35,138 nucleotides of DNA from Zetaproteobacteria bacterium (GTDB lineage: Bacteria > Pseudomonadota > Zetaproteobacteria > Mariprofundales > Mariprofundaceae), in assembly GCA_021545625.1 (NCBI GenBank), contig JAJRVH010000222.1, positions 1 through 35,138 on the forward strand, given 5' to 3'. Below the pieces are notes generated by a model. That model was not told the DNA's origin. It did no database searches and saw nothing but the letters and a program-made list of their open reading frames with translations. Positions 33,810 to 35,138 of the stretch are shown in pieces. Made by a program: the position numbers and the translations under genes. Every line of letters begins with the position of its first letter. Within the stretch, counting starts at the first letter, position 1.

Positions 33810-35138
33810 ATGGATACGCTCGACGGCCTGAACATCGTCTTCACGCTGCTGGTGCTGGTACACCTGCTCTACCACCGCCGTCCCGCGCAGACGCTGATCA
33901 TCTGGCTGCTCATCGTGGCCCTGCTGCCCTGGTTCGGCGCCCTGATCTATCTGCTGTTCGGATCCCGCAAGATATTCGCCCGGCATCCGAAACCCATGCT
34001 CGATTTCAGCGTTCCGCCGGCCTGCGAACTGCCCCATCCGCTGCAGCGACAGATCCAGCGCCTGTCGGGCTATAACGGCATCCCTCCGGCCACGGATCGC
34101 AACCATGTCGCGCTGACGATGGAGCCGGATACCGCTCATGCATGGCTGCTGGAGGCGATTGAAGCGGCCAGACATTCGATCTGTCTGGAAACCTACATCT
34201 TCCGCCTCGACGGGACCGGCCGCGACATTCTGCAACGCCTGACCGACAAGGCTGAACAGGGCGTGCAGGTCATCCTGCTGCTGGACACCTTCGGCAGCAT
34301 CATGACCTACTTTCGCCAGCGCGCCTTTCAGCCGCTGATCCGCGCCGGTGGCCAGGTCGCGTTCTTCCAGCCTTTCGGCTCGCTGCTGCAAAGCCGCTTC
34401 AACCTGCGCAACCATCGCAAGATCTATATGTTCGACCGGCACACCATCATCGGCGGCGGCATCAACATCGCCGACGAATACCTCGACGCGTCGCGACGCG
34501 ATTCCTGGGTGGACCTGACCTTTCGCATCTGCGGCGACATCGGCGACATCTATGCGCAAACCTTTGCCCAGGACTGGCTCTATGCGACCGGACGGGAGCT
34601 GGAAACGGATCCATCCGTCCGTCAGGCATGCGATGAGAATCGGAAACATGTCGCCCAGGTCGTGCCGTCCGGACCGGACATGGAGCAGGATACCCTGCGC
34701 GAGGCCCTGCTGTGCGCCATCCATCAGGCCCGCGTCAGCATCGATATGCTGACGCCCTATTTCATTCCCGATCAGCTGGTGCTCGAAGCGGTCCTGATGG
34801 CCGCCAAGCGGGGGGTTCGGGTACGCCTGCTTACGCCTGCCCGCACCGACCACGTCATCTTCGACTGGGGGCGCGCCTCGTATATGCGCGACCTTGTCGA
34901 CGTTGGCGTGCAGGTATGCTGTTTCACATCAGGCATGCTGCATGCAAAGGCCGTCATCGTGGATGACGTGTTCGCCATGATCGGCTCGGCCAATCTCGAT
35001 TACCGCTCGCTGCTGATCAATTATGAAATCGTCACCTTCTGCTACGACGAACAGGTACTCGGTTCGTTGCAGCAATCCATCGACGATCTGGCCGAAAAGA
35101 CGGAAAACTATCACCCTCCGGATGCGACCTGGGTGCGC
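33810..35138 (+). CDS. cls: Cardiolipin synthase (PLD superfamily); the 3' end lies beyond the window
   Basis: Not in the ORF track, because there is no stop in the window. My own translation from ATG 33810 is open for 443 codons: MDTLDGLNIVFTLLVLVHLLYHRRPAQTLIIWLLIVALLPWFGALIYLLFGSRK... There are two HKD motifs (NHRKIYMFD and MLHAKAVIVDD...GSANLD). The antisense track ORF 33693..34853 is its shadow. Confidence 0.9.
   Translation, partial: MDTLDGLNIVFTLLVLVHLLYHRRPAQTLIIWLLIVALLPWFGALIYLLFGSRKIFARHPKPMLDFSVPPACELPHPLQRQIQRLSGYNGIPPATDRNHVALTMEPDTAHAWLLEAIEAARHSICLETYIFRLDGTGRDILQRLTDKAEQGVQVILLLDTFGSIMTYFRQRAFQPLIRAGGQVAFFQPFGSLLQSRFNLRNHRKIYMFDRHTIIGGGINIADEYLDASRRDSWVDLTFRICGDIGDIYAQTFAQDWLYATGRELETDPSVRQACDENRKHVAQVVPSGPDMEQDTLREALLCAIHQARVSIDMLTPYFIPDQLVLEAVLMAAKRGVRVRLLTPARTDHVIFDWGRASYMRDLVDVGVQVCCFTSGMLHAKAVIVDDVFAMIGSANLDYRSLLINYEIVTFCYDEQVLGSLQQSIDDLAEKTENYHPPDATWVR

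Noticed and set aside
33693-34853. 386-aa minus-strand ORF at the right end
   Set aside because: It lies antisense to the plus-strand frame that encodes an unmistakable cardiolipin synthase (two HKD motifs and N-terminal TM helices). The minus-strand translation has no motifs.
1-35138. CRISPR arrays, IS elements/transposases, integrases, rRNA genes, toxin-antitoxin pairs
   Set aside because: I looked for regularly spaced direct repeats, DDE/tyrosine-recombinase-like ORFs and small adjacent ORF pairs in the intergenic regions. I found none beyond the short repeats reported above.

Overview
35.1-kb stretch of a roughly 60% G+C proteobacterial chromosome. SspA, a PVWY-type cytochrome b and the lepA-lepB-rnc-era-recO-pdxJ-acpS order suggest a beta/gamma-proteobacterium. 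Every gene I can support from position 1 to 33712 is on the minus strand. Only a cardiolipin synthase that runs off the right edge is on the plus strand. Most of the window is core housekeeping: lepA-lepB-DUF4845-rnc-era-recO-pdxJ-acpS, nnr, sdhCDAB-sdhE, rpe, petABC, alaC-hom-thrC, recJ, aroK, prfB with its classic +1 frameshift, sspA and a stand-alone tRNA-Glu(UUC). The unusual content is: (1) a tightly translationally coupled five-gene cassette at 3524-7800 (thermostable-hemolysin-family protein, acyl-AMP ligase, heme-oxygenase-like iron enzyme, SDR, secreted TPR protein), which looks like an orphan small-molecule pathway; (2) an AT-rich, compositionally foreign left edge (1-883) carrying the 5' end of a gene missing from the ORF track, a small ORF with a G8 tract and a 19-bp tandem duplication; (3) a tRNA-Glu-adjacent trio: DnaB-C-like protein with a destroyed Walker A, SemiSWEET-like membrane protein, HAD phosphatase; (4) cytochrome b (petB) interrupted by one in-frame TAG just before the Qo-site PVWY motif, followed at once by GTG and preceded by a GAGGTG; (5) a DUF1573-cytochrome c lipoprotein overlapping sdhE by 1 nt; (6) an FGE-like/VanZ pair between acpS and nnr. 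I saw no CRISPR array, transposase, integrase or rRNA. All functional calls come from reading translations and remembered family motifs, with no database search. I cannot say with confidence which, if any, of these is a genuinely undescribed system. My best candidates are (1) and the truncated left-edge island (2).
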